This document shows positions 12,064 through 24,000 of a DNA stretch of 64,000 bases, one piece after another. The DNA lies in assembly GCA_963924565.1 (NCBI GenBank), contig OZ004608.1, forward strand, positions 29,450,001-29,514,000, written 5' to 3'. Origin of the DNA: Ascidiella aspersa. Its lineage: Eukaryota. Every line of letters starts with the position of its first letter. Position 1 is the first letter of the stretch. Under the pieces are notes generated by a model that saw nothing but the letters and a program-made list of their open reading frames with translations, made no database searches and was not told where the DNA came from. The translations under genes and the position numbers were made by a program.

Positions 12064-12787
12064 TGCTGTTCAAAAAATATATCACAATACCGGTACACTT
12101 AAACTCTGTTATTTTGCTTTGCCATAAAAATATTGGAGGCGTTATTCGTCACGCATGAGCTGTTATGATGCACTGCCTTTCTATTTTTCTTGGTATTTAA
12201 CAGAAAATTTGTCAAGAAGTTACGCATATTGCCCCAAAATAAGCTAACCATTCGCATTTGTATAGGGCGATTTAATTTGAAACATATAAATAAAGCTTTA
12301 TTGATCTAGTATTTTAAACATTTGCGTTATTCGTATATAAGTTGTCGTCGAAAATCAATAAAAAAACAAGGGCCACAAACAACATTTTGCTTTATTTCAG
12401 CTATTAGTTTTGCTAGCACACCAAGAAAAGCTCTTCGAATTCCATATTTTCTGAATTGTATAACAAAATTGGTATCGATAATGAGGCCCGTTTATCTTAT
12501 TAACCAAGTAACTCTGTTTCCCCGGGATAACAATTTTAATTACACGCCAATAGTAATAGTGAATATTTAAAGTACACAATTTTAATTATACAATTTAAAA
12601 TTAATAGGTAGCCATAAACATTACTGCATAAAACATAGAAAATTTGCACATCAAGTTGTTACACATTTTTGACGATTTTCCGCTAGTAAGCAGTAAAGAT
12701 CTAAAACCAAGTGACAACACTATTTTGACGTTACTGGTCTAAATGGTGTTCCAGTTTAATTTTTCATTTTCATTCACTTTTTGGGTC

Positions 12788-13333
12788 CGTTCCGAAGTGG
12801 TGTATCGACTGCGGTGCAGCTGCAACCAGACATACATCAACCAAACGCAACGCAACCTAAAGGCGAGTATAAAAGAACATCAGACATCACCTAAATCGGA
12901 AGTTTGTGCTCATTTGCTCGCCAATCCTACACATAAGGTTAATTTCAACAAACCGGAAATATTGGGTTCACGGAATGACAAATATCGTCTATTTTTGCTG
13001 AAGTCTTTGATGATCCAACATCACAAACCAGAACTTAATATCGATACAACCTCGATACCTTTATATATTTTTAATACCTAGCGGTACGCACTGACCCAAA
13101 GGCCTACATCGCCATTTTTCGTTGCTATGTTTTGTCCTTTTTTCCTTTCTTTTTATGTTTTATCGCTTTTATCTTCACTTGATTTTTACCCTGATGATGG
13201 CATGAGTTATTGCTGAAACGTCTGTTAATTACTAAATGCCGATTTTATCGAACATTATGGCTTTGATATTTTTATTGAAGTTACTGAAAAAAAACGTATA
13301 TTGTGTTCCAACGTTCCGAAGTGTTGTATGACT
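12788..13333 (+). mobile_element. Penelope-like retroelement remnant: decayed GIY-YIG endonuclease, 3' region and hammerhead motif
   Basis: ORF 12743-13081 contains VVYRLRCSCNQTYINQTQRNL..IKEH..S.V..H..H..IL..PELN, the PLE GIY-YIG pattern with substitutions at conserved positions (YIG>YIN, R>S, E>K). A hammerhead core follows at ~13191. Confidence 0.82.
13185..13228 (+). ncRNA. Minimal type I hammerhead ribozyme motif (PLE-associated), probably decayed
   Basis: tttacc-CTGATGA-T-GGCA tgagttat TGCT-GAAAC-GTC-tgttaa: conserved core, stem II and palindromic ACGT stem III; stem I is imperfect. Confidence 0.7.
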
Positions 13334-15016
13334 TAGGTTATCAGTTTAATCAGTTTTACGACGCAATCCATTCGCTTGCTCTTTGAATTAACCTAATTTT
13401 CAAGCAAGGGAGCATAGTGCCGAAGGTTGCTTTGGCCGACACACGAGTTGTCCTGGTATTTCAGCACCAAAGAAACTGCCCACATTCAACCCTAAAAAAT
13501 TGTTAATCTAAGTGCATTTAAATCACTCTTTCCTAAACGAGTGATTTCACGTAAAAGGCAAGATTTTTACTTATGTATTGTTTTTTTGAACAAGTGACAT
13601 GTTTTTGACAAATTGCAGAATTGTCCTTTAATAATGCTAATTAGGCCTACTTGGTTTAAAATAAAGTATTCACCCTGAATTTTGTAGGCTATTTATTTCA
13701 CTTTTAGTAGAACGGTTGTTTGTTATTTGTTTTTGTGGCTATGTTTATAAATGGCGTGTCTATATTTTGTCTTTTTGTGTGTGTGTTTTTATAAGCCTAT
13801 ATAACGTCTTTGCTCGAAATGATTTATCTTTAAGTGTATAGCCTATATAAAGTAAATGTTGGTACACACTCCTAAATAAGCATGGAAGCTTTGTCTTAGC
13901 TGACCTATTTCAATGTGCATAATATCTTTCTTTGGTTTGCAAATACTACACTTAAGGCTTTTGATCATAACGAAGAAGTTTTTTTGTTTTTAAATGTAAT
14001 CGTACTTGCAAAAAATCGAAACAAATGTGAAATAAAAGGGCGCATTTCAAAGCGCCGGCGCTCAACGAAAAACTGCGATCGACCAATTTTATCGAAAAAG
14101 CTACGCCACGACCCCGGAAAAAGCGAGGCGTTTTTTTTCGCAAAAAGCCAGACCTTCGTCGCGAATAAAAAACAAAAATATAAGAAAGAATAAAAACGCC
14201 GTGTCACGCGACCCTGTTAGACAGGGCAGCCAAGCAAAGTGCGCAGAAATACAAAAAAAACGACATTATAATAATGATAATATTAATAATAATAACAACA
14301 ACTTTCAAATAACCTTGAATAAAAAAGACGAAATTGAACAGGTAGAAAGAGCAAGTCTTGCTAATTTCATTTTGCATTTCATAAAAATTCATGATGCTCA
14401 GGAGAAACCTAAGTTTTACCCAACACTAAATAAATTTCGGTCTAAATCAAAACGGAGAGCGCAGGATCCCGTAAAAACAAAAACATCATCTATTTAAGGA
14501 AAACGTTGAAATGTGAAGCAAACGCGGCGTACCGGTCGTTGTGAAAAAATGTGGCAGTGATGAAAACAAAAACAAGGTCGTCTCGTTTATAGGTGAGACG
14601 CCAGTAAAGATTCGTGTCATGTGCGTGTAGAACAAAAAAAACACTACCGTTTTTGATAACAAAAGTAGCACAAACACACACGCCGTAACATGCAGTTTGA
14701 ACTCATTCTGGTGATATATCTAATTCGTCGTTTACAAAGTGAACATAAAACAACAAGGTTGTTATTAAATACTTGCGGGAGCACGCGGTTCGAGGTAGTA
14801 GAAGTAGAGTTTGGTTTTCGCTCGCGTTATTTCTTTACAGCGGGCGGGGTGAGTGTACAGCGAAGATGCGCAAACGCGCCGACGGCGGCCGCGACAACTT
14901 TCCGCCACAGTGGACCGTCCCGTTCTGTCGCGTGTCGCGCGTCGCCCTTTCCACGTCGCGCGCGCGGCATCGACGGCCTCTTTCAAGCGCAGCGTCACAC
15001 ACAAGTGTTCGGGGTC

Positions 15017-18000
15017 TCACTTGCAACGGTGTACCTTGACCGTGTCTTCGCACATTTCGCAACGCACCGAACAGCACCACTGGAATCGGCAGTTGCACTT
15101 TCTCTTGACCTGCTTCACCTTGGTCTTGTAGCCACGACCGCAGCACATCAAGCCGCAGCCGTCATCACCGGTCGAGTCTGCGTTGCACAGGCGACCGCGC
15201 GTACCGCTTACGCCGGTCTTCTTGTTGCGGAGGCAGTAGTCGGGCGAAGACTCTAGGAAGATGAGGCTGCTGGCGCCGGCTTGCTCGGACTGCTTGCGCG
15301 GGATGATCTTGCCCCGACGCGTCACTCGCGACTCGACGGCGCGCTTGTACTTTTGCTTGAGGGTGTTGCCGATCTCGCGGAAAGAGGGGATCTGCATCCA
15401 GCAGGTGCGCACGCTGCACGAGCCCGAAACGCCGTGGCAGTTGCACTTGGGGCGACTCGAGTGGACGGCCACCTATGGAGAAGAAGGAAGAGTTTAGAAC
15501 TTTGAAACGCGAGGTTTGGTTTAAAAAACAAGACTATTTAAAAGCTAAAAATATAGTTAGCTCCACCAGAGATATCGCTCTTCTGGTGTAAACGAAGTAC
15601 AAACTGACGTTCGGCCGCAGATACCAGCTGGACCTCATCAGGGTTAATAGTTTATACTTCGTTTACACCAGAAGTGAATTTGCTCAGCTATTTAGGAAAG
15701 AGGTTAAACCGCCGTTACTCCTTGGAGCGTCTTAAGAAAATTAGGGCACGGTTGCGAATAATTAGGGTTTTTTCAAACGGTTTTCTGCTAGGAACAATAC
15801 TCGATGCAATCGCTTGGGTTATGCACAGCGCCCGGAAGGGCCAGTCGCAAACAGAGGCCGCCATTGTTGTGGGAGTTTACACGATTTCAAAGCGGCCCGT
15901 TCGAGATGGCATCGCGGCGCTATTAGCCTGTGAAGATAAACCACCGGTCCCTTTGGCGTTCGCGATTCCTACACAGATCGAAAGGAGCCATTTGCGCCGC
16001 GAGACGGAGCGTCTATGTCGCGCGGGCTGTACATCATGTGCAAGAGCGTCGATCGCTATCGCAATTTCCCGATACTGGAATCTTATCATCGGCAACACGA
16101 GATTAGGCCGACACTGGATACGCGGTGTACAGGGCGGATTCGGCTACGTAATGCCCGCGAATAGCAGGAAAGTCGATTTCGGGCCGAATGCCAGGCGGTT
16201 TGGGTGAATGTCAAATCGTTTTGGGTTACGCTTTAACGCGGATCGGACAAAAAGGTCGCCAACAATTACGACCCTTGGGTTACTGTTAAACTGCGGCTTC
16301 GGGTGACCGAATGAGATTTTCTCCACCCTTTTCGGGTGACCGAAAGAGATTTTCTCCACGGCGTTTGCTGCAAGAAATCGATAAACGATTCGGGGAGCAG
16401 AGTTACGATAAATCGCCCTGGTCTCCACTTGAAACAAGTAGGAGATGATGAAAAAGCGATTGTCTATCGATTTTTGCCTTTCGCGGATTTAAGTCAGTTT
16501 TTGATTAAGCGATAGCTCGAAAATCTAAATCAACGAGGACATAAAAATCAATCGGTGAGGGCTTAAATTTCCGAATTTTCCGCGCAACATTCCCCAAATT
16601 GAAACGCCTGAACCCAACCTGGAAACGCTAAACTTTTAAGCTCATTGGAATGGTGAGTTTTCACCGACTGAAGAAGATAAAAAGTCGCCCTTATCTGTAA
16701 AGAGTTTTATCGCGACTTGGCGCGGGTGCTATTCGTACGATGAGAGAGCGCGTCGGACATTTAGGCTCATTCGCGATCCCGGGGCGATAGACCAGACTCC
16801 TTTCAAACAACGCCGCTAATTGTTTCCGCCGCGACCTATACACAGAGTTTTCCAAAATATCGCCTCGGTCCCACTCATCGGCGAGGCGATAGGCGAACCA
16901 GATAAAAGGCACAAGTCTCTTATTGCGATCGCTATCGGGCGTCGTCTTTTCCAGGGCCGCGGCGATTTGCAGATTAAAACACAGCCAAGAAATGACGTGA
17001 TGTGCTAAAGCGGCGCGGCCTTTTCGCTTCGACGGAATATACGTTGTTTTAAGGGAGAAACGCGCGGCCCGAACTTGGCCCTCGAATCGGTTTGTTGTGA
17101 AAACGTAGCGGGCGCGTGTACTCAATGCCGCGATAGCAATGCTGCACGCGGGATAGGCTGAATATATTGAAAGCGCCATCGATCAAGGCGGCGGATTGGT
17201 GTGTATGGAGCACTAGAACAGTGACTTACCAGTCGACCGACTTCGTTGTTGTGCAGGTTCATCACTTTGCGAGATCGGTCCTTCTTCTTTCGTGGCGAAA
17301 TGTCGCGCTCCTTGGCGTCAATAAACTCGCGCGCGAAGCCGTACGCGTACACTGTGTTGTCGCCGCAGCCGCCCCAGTTCTGTTGCGAAAAAAAATGTAT
17401 GGTTGTAATGAAGGAAAATAGGATTTAGCTCATAGAAAAGTAATAAGTAAAACAAACCGCATTTTATCACATTATTTTAGTCTCGAAAAACGCAGCGTTT
17501 TAACAAAAAGAACCCGGTTTTTACTTAGATAAGAGTTACAAAGTTCGTGCTTTAACGAGGTTAACCGCCAGTCCATTCGCGAAGAAATATAGTTTTTATG
17601 AAATAAAAAAAATAGTATTTATAGATTACAAAAACATTAAGTATTTTATATCTTAATTTTCTTTCAGTCGCAAATAAGCCAGAGAGTTTTACAATGTGAA
17701 ATGTCATTAAATGGCGGATTTTATTATTGCTGATTAAATTTCGACGGTTTAATCGGCGTAACGTTTTTAACATTAATTAACTCTTTTTCGGTTTGTCGGT
17801 CGTTTAGCGAAACGAAATTACGGCGAAATTGGCTCGAAATATGTTTTAATTAATCCGCCAAGGTAAAGAACGGTTTCTATTGCGCTAGGCGCTTTGACAG
17901 CTTCAAGTATTTCCTAAACCGCCGCCTCGAATAACTTTTCAGTGATTCGCATATAATCTATACGCGCGCCGGCCTAATGACACGGTTATGCATCCGGCGG

Positions 18001-21000
18001 CAAGGCCGAAAAGGCAGCGGAGCGTTCGCAGAAACTGGGTGGGCCGTATTTGGCCAACCGACACACAATTGCACAAGAGAATTAAGCTGGAAAAAACGTG
18101 CACTTACCCAGTCGGGAGCGAGTCCTTGCGGTCTTCCGGCTGTACTGCATCCGCATTCCTTTAGGGAGCCTTCTCTACAAGCCCTGGCAACGTTTGACAC
18201 GACGCCAGCTGCCTGGACGGCGTACGCGAACGCCACCTCTTTGCTGTCTGTAGAGGTAAATAACACATAAGGTTACACACTCGATAAAAGGGAGTATTCG
18301 GCCAAGTATAGGAAACCGAGCCGTGAAAAACATTATCGCTATAGGGTAAGGGTATAATAGGCGAGGGACCGCGCAAAGGTTGCAAACTCAGCCACACGGA
18401 TGCCAGTCAATTACCGGTCGCCGTAAAGACCACCGCACAGCGCAGCACACGGCAGGAAAGTCGCTTCTACAGAGCGTATATAGCTGCCGTAAGGTTGGCC
18501 TCGGAAGGTATACACACGACGCGACAGCTGCAGTGGAGGACGGGCAAATCTGCACCGGATACGGGTTAAGGACGAATGCTATATGTGACCCGTGCGCCGG
18601 CGAGATCTAAAGGAGTCGCAATCCGCTCGCCAGGCGACCACAGATTTTTCCACAGTGCTTTGCCGTGCTCTTGCGTGCGGGCACGCGGCAATGCCTACAT
18701 TAGCGTGAACAGCTGAGGCCCCCGGATGGTCATTGGGATGTTTTGTGGCCTATTGGACTCGCGTGTGTGATGATGGGCTCGAGTAGACGCGCTTACAAAC
18801 GCTGCTAATGGGCCGTGGCCAAGAGATAACCATAGCTACTATGGCGGTCTTTCTACTGAACTTAAACGGCCCAATGCTTGTGATAAGCGCGCGTTCGCTT
18901 TTGCGTGACTAGAACGATATAGTGTATGCACAATATCAAAACCTCGCGTAGCCCGCACACACAGCACCAACGTTGCCTTCCCTCCCTCAAACACACACAA
19001 AAATGCGATTAGTGCGTTGTAGTAGCGACGGAACGAAATTGGCCATTTCGAGCGCGCCTGTGAGAATATCGGAGCGGGGGCGTACAGTTGGGGCTTAAAA
19101 TAAAACAACAAGTGCCCTCAAGCAGAGACAGAAAGCCGATGTTGTCAATCGTCAGTCGCCGAAAGTTTTAAAGCAACCCTGACCACCTTGGATAAATAGC
19201 CGCTGCTCCTAAGCGTTGAACGCAGGCGCAGCAAGCTGTTTGTTTTGGTTGGCGCGCGCAAGGGGTGGCGACGGTTTTTCCCACAGGCCCCAGCCGGCCC
19301 CCATGGGGTTAACGGCGCTTTTGCGGTGGGCAATTTGCGTATTTTCGTCGGGCTGCCACAAGAAAAGCGCCGAAACGCGATTTTTTTTACGATTCTACTT
19401 GCGCATGAAATTGAAGATCAACGTGCCACAATGCGAAGCAAACAAAACGCTCCGCGCGTCGTTTTGGCCGGGGTGACGCGGCGCCCAGTGAACCGGCGCC
19501 GGGACCCTGCGGGGGCCGCAAATTAAAATTGCTTGCTCGCCCGGCCACGACGCCCCCGGGTAAGGCGCATTTGGCGCACCTGACTCCAGGGGTAATCGCA
19601 CCCGGCCGCTCCGGAATCTGTGCAAGTTAAAAGGCCCCGCTGCCGAAAATAGTCGCCTTAGAACAAAAAGCGGGGGCTGTTATGAAATTCGATACCCCGG
19701 TTCGAATCTCGCGCTGTTTCCTCGCCCTGGGGCAAGGGGGAAAGGGGAGAAGGGTGTCAGCTGCAACATGCAACAGGGTTGGGGTAACACAGGATAAGGG
19801 CTTGCGGCTTTGCGGTTCGTTTCCTTTTGTTTTGGGGCGCGCGACTTTCGCATGAAGCCCCGACATCAACAAAAAATCCACGTCTCTTTATAAAAGTATA
19901 TAGGGGAAAGCGAAAGTGCGGAAATGTTGCGAAACAAAGACGGTTGAGCGGCTCCAAATAAACATGACGTAAGGCGAGAAAGCTGCCAAGTGCTGAAGGC
20001 GAGCGCAGAACATGGAAGTTTAAAGTTAACTTTACATATAAAACCGAATTATGCTATGTAAAACCGCACCTTTAAATTCCCTAAAAATTCCCTAGTACAC
20101 CCGTCGCCCATCTGTCAAAATAATTTCTTTTTTCAAGTTTTGTTTTTATTGTTTCTTAAATACATAAAGCTGTCTCGTGACAGGTGAAACAACAACCTCA
20201 TCCGGGAGCAGCAAGCAAGAACCGACTTGACTTTGACGTATCGACTTTCGTCAGTCAGCACCCCCTACTATAACCAAGCTCGGCCCCCGATATATAGCCC
20301 CACCCCTGATCGTGACATACCCCCAAAACCGTCGCAACACGAGATTGACAAGCGATAGGCGCAAGGACTAATGGACCAACCCTTTGGTAGGGGGCAACGA
20401 ACTTCAAATCCCAAAAGACAACAGTGGTCGCGTATTTCTAGACCGCTCTTCTTTTTTACAAGTAACTCGTGACTGGCCAGCGCGTATGGTATACGTGATC
20501 GGGTTACCGCAGGCTGTTCTGTTTTGTCGACAGATACCATCATATGGGGGCGTCTAAAAGGGGCGAATATTCGGTTATTACTTGCAACAATCCCGGACAG
20601 GCTTCTGGCTAGCCGCGAGCCTCTTAACAGCGCTGGGTTTTCGGTCGACGCGCACGAGCTTGGGTTGACAAAATAGAGCGGCGATTATTAGAGCAGAAAG
20701 CGGCGTTTGCGCTTCTGTTTTAGTCGAATCAAGAGCCGCTGCCCATCGCATTTTTGCGCCTATTTTTGGGTCGCGCGGTTGTTTGAAGACGATTGCGTTC
20801 TTGACCTTGTCGATTTGGAGGCGAAGTGTTTTTGCCGATGCCCTAGCCGCGGGTCCAGATGGCACGCATTCGCAGCATTCACGCGGCGGGCCTACGGTTT
20901 CGCGTTTCAGCCTTGAAAATGTCAACGACTTGAGCTGGCGACCCTTGGACCCGAAAACTTGTTTGATTTAGACCCAATTAAAAATGGAGTTTCTTAAACC

Positions 21001-24000
21001 CTTCGCTAAATCTGTTTTGGGCACCTGAGTAGGTCTATAACGGAAGATGTTCTACCGCAGAAACTAATGGCTTCCCTTTTTTCTACCCACAGTTCGATCC
21101 ACGTTTAAGAATTATAGGGTTTGGCTGCGCCGCCGCTTCTCCTTTAATGCTTTCTCCTATAATGCTTTCTCCCATATACATTACCTTTTAATGCGGCCCG
21201 CGATGTAATGCTATATTTCGGGTTACTATACTTTTACTCTAAACACGCGCGAAGTTGCTTGGGTATTGCATAATATTAACAAAAATACTGATAGCACGCT
21301 TCCTTCGGTGTAATTTTGGTAGTTAGTATAATATATTCTACTCCTATTCGACTTTTGTAAAGTAAATATGTTACATTAACGTTAGTATGCGGTCTGAGAA
21401 AAATAGTGTTGCGGCCCTTGTGCCATTACGTTGTATACAGGCCTGACCTAAAGTAAGGCTGTTGCAGCGGCTACTATTCACAATTCGGTATAAAGAGATA
21501 AAAAGTCGAATCTTCTCACCGATGCGGAGAATCTTTCCGAACATGTTGTTGGCGTCGGGCGTCGAACAGTTCCAGCGGTCGTTCCTGAACTGCCACTTGC
21601 ATTCGTTGATGCCGTCGCGGGCTCCAATACGCACAAACTCCATGTGGCTGTCGTACTTCTGACAGAGGGCTCGCTGGTTGCGAGACAGGCCCTCGATGCC
21701 CGTGCACAGCTGTTCCGGGGCCGTTCCCAGCATCAGAGTCTGGGTGGCGATGGCCCTGTCGAACAAAAAGACTACTGTTAATACTTTAGACGGGGATTTT
21801 TGCCCGCCTGTGGGTTAAGTTATAGGAAACTTATAGAGACGGGTTCCAGGTCAATTGGCTGCGGTCTGATTATCAGGCAAAACATAGGAAGCAAGGTGGC
21901 GAGTTTACAAAGCCGCCTGTTTAACACACACGCCATATCGCCGGCTTTGTTTTGAATGGAAGCGTGTAGCGGTAAGGCAAATCAACTTGAAGGCCTGTGT
22001 GTCATCTACTGGGGTCTGCTGAGCTGAGCAGGATGTTGACCTGTTTTGAGTCGTACCGTGGGCCAAGTGAGAAACAGGACAAACTGTGCGAAAAGTCCCC
22101 GGTCGGTCGAGATTACGTGGCAATTAAAGCGACGAGGTTTGTTTTGTGTGGAAGTTGAGATTTTTCTGGTAATCTGCCAGCTACGACGCTAATTCGAACG
22201 AGCCAAAACACTGTGCCAAGGCCCTAATTCCGTCCTTGTTGCGCGTTTTTTATCGTCTGTTATGCTTCCTCGGATCACAGGACTTTCGATTCGCAAGCTG
22301 CCCTCCTGTTGCTTGGTATGCCGCGATAATGGTCAGTTTCGCTAAGGCAATTAGTCGCGCGGTTCGTACGTTTGTTAATACTATTTGATGGCAGCTATTT
22401 CAGGAATTTCGATTAAAAATAGGTCAATTTCGAAGGACATACAGTTTTGTGTGGGCAATTAGCTGCGCGCTTCGTACAGTTGTTACTACACTATACTGGA
22501 TCGCGACTATTTTAAGAATTTCGGTTAAACATAGATCAAATTTGAAGAAACTCTACGGAAAGGGAATCCTATATAGCAAGACAGAAAAAACAACGGTCCT
22601 TTTCCTTAGAAAGATCGCGGTTGGAGGCGGTTTTGTGAGTAACTTTTCGCCTTCGGTGAACAATGGCCGCGAAAGTTACTAATTGCGAGACAAGGTCACA
22701 GACGCGTTCCCACGGCCTCGGTACGAAGCACCGCAAACTGCTAAAGCGGGCGCAAACAACTTTCGCTGTTGACGGTCACTTTCGCGCACGAAAAGGGGCC
22801 AGACGACCACCCCCCTCAACATTGTTACGTCACAACGGCCTTGGCGCGCCGCCGACGCGGTCACTTTCACAAAGCGGGCGTCTGGAGTTGGCCGAACAAA
22901 GTGCCAGTAGTTTTGAAATTGAAACAATGGGCGTCGCGCTCTCGCCTGCAATTTGTTGACGCTAGACGCGCGCGGGGACAAGTATGAGCGTGGAATTGAT
23001 AAGAATGTCAACGCTCCAATGCTAATTGCACGGCTTGCCATCGGGGGGCGCGTAATTGTTAGCGAGGCGGCGTGAACACTTCCCAAACGGCCATTAGCGG
23101 CTTTTGTGAACGCCAATTTGAGCGCCTTTCAGCGCAAAAACAAAAACTGTAGCGAGTTGCAGCAGCAGGCTGCTGCTGCTGCTGATTTACGCGGTTACTG
23201 TGCGGACCTGGAGCTGGCATTCCAGCACAGGCGCGGGCAATACGAGATCAGAGGCGCCGAACCAATCGCTTTACGACCAAAGCTAGGCAAATATTAATAT
23301 CGGCCGGATTTACGGGGCCCGGGATCGATTGGGCCGCCGGCTCTTCTGTGCACACAGGCGAGCGCGACGGGCCCTGTAAATCAACGCACGTGTGTCGGGC
23401 TCAACAAAGGCTCCTTTTGCTTAAGACTGAAGCTATGGAGGCGCGTGGGGTCCCGTTCTGGTAAAGGACCCGGTATCATGATTTTTCAATTTGAGCAATT
23501 TCACGTATGCGGGATTTTATAGGTGCAATCACATTTATTTTTTTAGGAAAACGTGCGCCCGCGAATTTCTGCTAACGATTTGGGCGACGCTTCAATTCGA
23601 CCGCGAACTTTGCCAAAAAATAGCGGCATGCGATTACCCACGTAGGCAGGAATAATAAGGATAGAGTTTAAAGATAATTTTGACATTTTTATTAATTTCA
23701 GTCGAGGACAGGGGGGGGCGGTGTAAAGAAAACTACTAACAGGTTCCCAATCAACTCAACGGTTTGACCCTATTCGCGGTTCGTCGACGGAATTAAACCA
23801 ACCGAAAAGCGACATCTTTCGTCGCGGCTATCGAGCGAAGCCTAGCGTTTCCACGATGCGCTCACCCAGCAGCAAAACCAAGGCTGGAATAGCAGACACA
23901 GTAAAACGGGCGAATATAGGGTTTGTCGTCTGGCGAGCAATTTGCAACGGAGACGAAATCGGTCGGGTCGCGCGGTGATCTCATTTCGGAACGGCGCGAC

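Noticed and set aside
14690-15256. 188-aa plus-strand ORF
   Set aside because: Antisense shadow of the GC-rich Wnt5 last exon and UTR.
19695-19715. tRNA (GGTTCGAATC)
   Set aside because: Isolated B-box-like string without D-arm or acceptor stem.
21988-22102. RNase MRP RNA-like motifs TGAAGGCCTGT and GAAAAGTCCCCGG
   Set aside because: No complementary P4 3' strand (GGGGCT-type) within the next few hundred nt; probably chance.
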